The notes below the pieces were generated by a model. It was not told where the DNA came from, did not search any database, and worked only from the letters and a program-made list of their open reading frames with translations. Of a stretch of 64,000 bases of DNA, positions 60,989-64,000 are shown in pieces (position 1 is the first letter of the stretch; every line of letters begins with the position of its first letter). Where the stretch lies: assembly GCA_046597035.1 (NCBI GenBank), contig JBKJLH010000191.1, forward strand, positions 5,790-69,789, read 5' to 3'. The position numbers and the translations under genes are program-made. This DNA is from Lacisediminihabitans sp. (GTDB lineage Bacteria; Actinomycetota; Actinomycetes; Actinomycetales; Microbacteriaceae).

Positions 60989-61855
60989 ATGACATTCGCG
61001 AACAGCGATTCCACCACCGATTCCGCGGCGGGTTCGGGCGACGCTTCGACCGAGACTGGTGGCACGAGATTTGATGTGCGCGGCTTTGCCCGCACGGCGC
61101 AGGGCAACCACCGCGGGACACTGCATCTCTCTGACTTCGGGACCGAGCCACTCTCGGCCGAAAGCATCCGCTCCGTGCGTTATCTCGCTCGCCTCGAGAG
61201 CGGCACGATGGAGCAGCTGCGTAATCTGTTGGTAACGGCCACCCATAAGGACGCGCGTATCACCGCATTTCTCGTGACCTGGGCTTTTGAGAAATTCTGG
61301 ATCGCGGATGCCCTCGACGCCGTGCTCGAGGCGAACGGCCAGTCGAAGTCGCATGACGCCGCCGAGGGGTCCGCACGCCACTCCCGCACTGAGACTGTCG
61401 AGCGCCGCGGTCCCATCCGGCGGGCCATCGCCGGGCTCATCCAGGGGGTGCCGATCATCGGCGCTCATGTCACCACCGGCCTCGTAGACGAATGGGTCAC
61501 CCGCGCGGCATACGACCGGCTGGATGTTGCGAGCGCGAGCCCGGCGCTATCGTCGACGATTGCCACGATCGTCGCGGTGAAGGAACGCCACCGTGCCTTC
61601 TTCGACGACGAGGCAAGACGGCGACTGGCGGAAGATCCGCGCGCGGTGTCGCTTACGCGCCGCTCGCTGGAGCGCCAGGCCTGGCCGCTCGGTGCCATCG
61701 ACCGCGCGGGCGAAGACCGTTCCTTTTTTGAACACGCCGTATTCGGTGGGGACGAGGGTCGCGCGCGGGCCGCTGACATCGGGTATCGCGTCGCCGATCT
61801 GCCCGGCATGGACTCCCGCATCGGCGATGCCGTCACCCGGAAGCTGCGCGCGTGA
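60989..61855 (+). CDS. Ferritin-like fold protein with degenerate diiron ligands
   Basis: Helical; FLVTWAFEK and KERHRAFF occupy the positions of the WxxEExxH / DExRH motifs of acyl-ACP-desaturase-like proteins. Confidence 0.6.
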   Translation: MTFANSDSTTDSAAGSGDASTETGGTRFDVRGFARTAQGNHRGTLHLSDFGTEPLSAESIRSVRYLARLESGTMEQLRNLLVTATHKDARITAFLVTWAFEKFWIADALDAVLEANGQSKSHDAAEGSARHSRTETVERRGPIRRAIAGLIQGVPIIGAHVTTGLVDEWVTRAAYDRLDVASASPALSSTIATIVAVKERHRAFFDDEARRRLAEDPRAVSLTRRSLERQAWPLGAIDRAGEDRSFFEHAVFGGDEGRARAADIGYRVADLPGMDSRIGDAVTRKLRA

Positions 61856-64000
61856 GCACCCCCGAGGATGAGGTGAAGAAGGCGCCGGTTCGCACGGCTT
61901 CCGTGCGAAAGTCGCGGGCGAAGCCGAAGGCCGCCCCCGCGACGGGCCTCGGCTCCTCTCACATCTTCCTCACCGGTGGCACCGGGTTCGTCGGGCAGGC
62001 GATTCTCGAGCGGTTACTCTCGTCGCATCCGGACACCACGATCTCGCTGCTGATCCGCTCCAAGGGCAGCACCAGCGCCACCGATCGCCTCCGCACGCTG
62101 CTGCGTAAACCGGTCTTCCGCCTCTGGAGAGAGCGCGTTGGCGATGATGAGGTCGAGCGCTCCGTGCGCGAGCGCTTGCGGGTCATCGAGGGCGACCTCG
62201 GTTCGGTTCCCGCGCTCCCGGCAGACCTGGATATCGTCATCCACAGTGCCTCCTCGGTCTCCTTCGATCCGCCGATCGACCAGGCATTCGAGACCAATCT
62301 CGGGGGGGCGGTCGCGCTCTACACCGCGCTCCGCGACAGCGGTGCCGATCCGCACGTCGTGCACGTCTCGACGGCGTACGTCGGCGGCATCCGCAAGGGA
62401 ATCGTGCCAGAAGCGCGTCTCGCCCACTCCGTGCACTGGCGCAGTGAGTTCGACGCCGCCCGTGATGCCCGCGTGCGCGTCGAGATGGCCTCACGCCAGC
62501 CCGAGACCCTTCGTCGCTTTCTGGGCGAGGCCCGCGCCGACCACGGCAAGGAAGGTCCGCAGGCAGTCGCGAAAGCGTCAGAAGCCGCACGCGTGGAGTG
62601 GGTGCGTGCCCGTCTCGTCGACTACGGCCGCACCCGCGCGGAGAGCCTCGGCTGGACCGACGTCTACACGCTCACCAAGGCCTTCGCCGAACGTGCAGCG
62701 GAAGAGATGTGGGGCGATGCCGGTCACCGACTGTCTGTCGTGCGCCCCGCGATCATCGAGAGCGCGCTGCAGCATCCGTTCCCCGGCTGGATCGACGGCT
62801 TCAAGGTTGCCGATCCGCTGATCCTCGCTTACGGTCGCGGACTTCTGCCCGAATTCCCCGGTCTTCCCGATAGCGTGCTCGATGTGATCCCGGTCGACTT
62901 CGTGGTCAACGCGATCCTGGCGATCGCCGCACGCCCGTCGCCGACCGCCCAGTATGTGCATGTGAGTTCCGGCGCGAGCAACCCGCTGCCGATCCACCGA
63001 ATGCTGCAGAACATGAAAGAGTTCTTCACGGCTAACCCGATGCCGCACGTCAGCGAAGGCCAGGTGCGCGTGCCCACCTGGAGTTTTCCGGGTGATCGCA
63101 AGGTTGAGCGAGCCTTGCGCAATCAGGAGCGCTGGAACGATCGGCGCGAGCAGCTCCTCGAACGATTCCCGTCCACGGAACGCACGCGCGCTCAGATCGC
63201 GAAGGTGACGAGCCGGCGCAGTGATCTCGAGTCGCTGCGTAACTTCGCCGAGCTCTATCGCGCCTACGTGCAGACGGAGATCATCTTCGATGATCGGCAG
63301 CTGCGTGCTCTCGGCGAGTCCTTGGGGCTGAAACCCGGTGACGATACCGGGTTCGACGTGACGACGATCGACTGGGAGGACTACCTCCAGCGCGTACATT
63401 TCCCGGCCATCACCACCCTCACCCGCGCGTTCGCAGTGCGTCCGGCGGCGTCGGAAAGAGTGGAAAAAGCGCTTCCGGTCCGCACGGATGTCGTGGCCGT
63501 CTTCGATCTCGAAGGCACCGTCGTCGACTCGAACATCGTCGAGCAGTATCTCTGGGTGCGTTCGGCAGGATTCCGCAAGGCGGCCTGGCCCGGCGAAGTG
63601 GCGAGCCTGCTCGGCTCGCTCCCCGGCTACCTGAGTGCTGAGCGCCGAGACCGTGGCGAGTTCATCCGGGTGTTCCTCCGTCGTTACAGCGGGATGCCCG
63701 TCGCGAGGCTCGAGAGCGTCGTCTCCGGCGGCTACCGCGAGACCCTGCTGCGCCACACCATGCCGGCGGCGATCGCGCGTATCAAGGAACACCGCGCTGC
63801 CGGTCATCGCACCGTTCTGGTCACCGGGTCCATCGGTACGCTCGTGGCCCCCCTCGCCGATCTCTTCGACGAGGTGGTCGCGGGGTCGATGCACGAACGC
63901 GACGGCGTGCTCACCGGCTATCTCGCCCAGCCGCCGCTGGTGGATGAGGCGCGTGCAGCCTGGTTGCTTCGTTACGCCGAGACGAATGGATTCGATCTGT
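61852..64000 (+). CDS. Fatty acyl-CoA reductase (eukaryote-like FAR) fused to a HAD-IB hydrolase, 3'-partial
   Basis: Hand-translated open frame to the window end: LTGGTGFVG, HVSTAYV, YTLTK, PFPGWIDG, DVIPVDFVVNA, IDWEDY, then FDLEGT (63502) and LVTGS. Confidence 0.88.
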   Translation, partial: MSTPEDEVKKAPVRTASVRKSRAKPKAAPATGLGSSHIFLTGGTGFVGQAILERLLSSHPDTTISLLIRSKGSTSATDRLRTLLRKPVFRLWRERVGDDEVERSVRERLRVIEGDLGSVPALPADLDIVIHSASSVSFDPPIDQAFETNLGGAVALYTALRDSGADPHVVHVSTAYVGGIRKGIVPEARLAHSVHWRSEFDAARDARVRVEMASRQPETLRRFLGEARADHGKEGPQAVAKASEAARVEWVRARLVDYGRTRAESLGWTDVYTLTKAFAERAAEEMWGDAGHRLSVVRPAIIESALQHPFPGWIDGFKVADPLILAYGRGLLPEFPGLPDSVLDVIPVDFVVNAILAIAARPSPTAQYVHVSSGASNPLPIHRMLQNMKEFFTANPMPHVSEGQVRVPTWSFPGDRKVERALRNQERWNDRREQLLERFPSTERTRAQIAKVTSRRSDLESLRNFAELYRAYVQTEIIFDDRQLRALGESLGLKPGDDTGFDVTTIDWEDYLQRVHFPAITTLTRAFAVRPAASERVEKALPVRTDVVAVFDLEGTVVDSNIVEQYLWVRSAGFRKAAWPGEVASLLGSLPGYLSAERRDRGEFIRVFLRRYSGMPVARLESVVSGGYRETLLRHTMPAAIARIKEHRAAGHRTVLVTGSIGTLVAPLADLFDEVVAGSMHERDGVLTGYLAQPPLVDEARAAWLLRYAETNGFDL

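Overview
High-GC actinobacterial chromosome segment, most consistent with Microbacteriaceae (inferred from gene order and proteins). In order it carries: a GlcNAc/hexosamine catabolic cluster (ROK, nagZ, ROK kinase, nagB, nagA); an NCS1 permease-amidohydrolase-GntR module; one-carbon genes (purU, ZTP riboswitch-glyA-folD); a Leloir galactose cluster; a Mn2+ (yybP-ykoY) riboswitch before a VIT1/CCC1 exporter; a roughly 7 kb accessory block beside tRNA-Lys(TTT) (EAL, RsbQ, PAS-GAF-GGDEF, orphan SigK, PPK2, Na+/H+ antiporter); sigK-rskA; a phosphate super-locus (pstSCAB, mutT1, ppk1, mshD, glnR, gpmA, phoU, senX3-regX3) with PHO-type boxes; ispDF-cysS-rlmB; msiK; and a terminal lipid cluster. The strongest leads are three. 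(1) A divergent cluster at 57.6-64 kb encoding alkyl-DHAP synthase, acyltransferase, SDR, a ferritin-like protein and a fatty acyl-CoA reductase-HAD fusion, which looks like a complete eukaryote-style ether-lipid pathway. (2) An unannotated, highly structured putative ncRNA at about 30626-30775. (3) A carD gene collapsed to 43 codons by an in-frame internal deletion. No CRISPR array, transposase or integrase was seen. Family assignments come from motif recognition by eye, and no searches were run.
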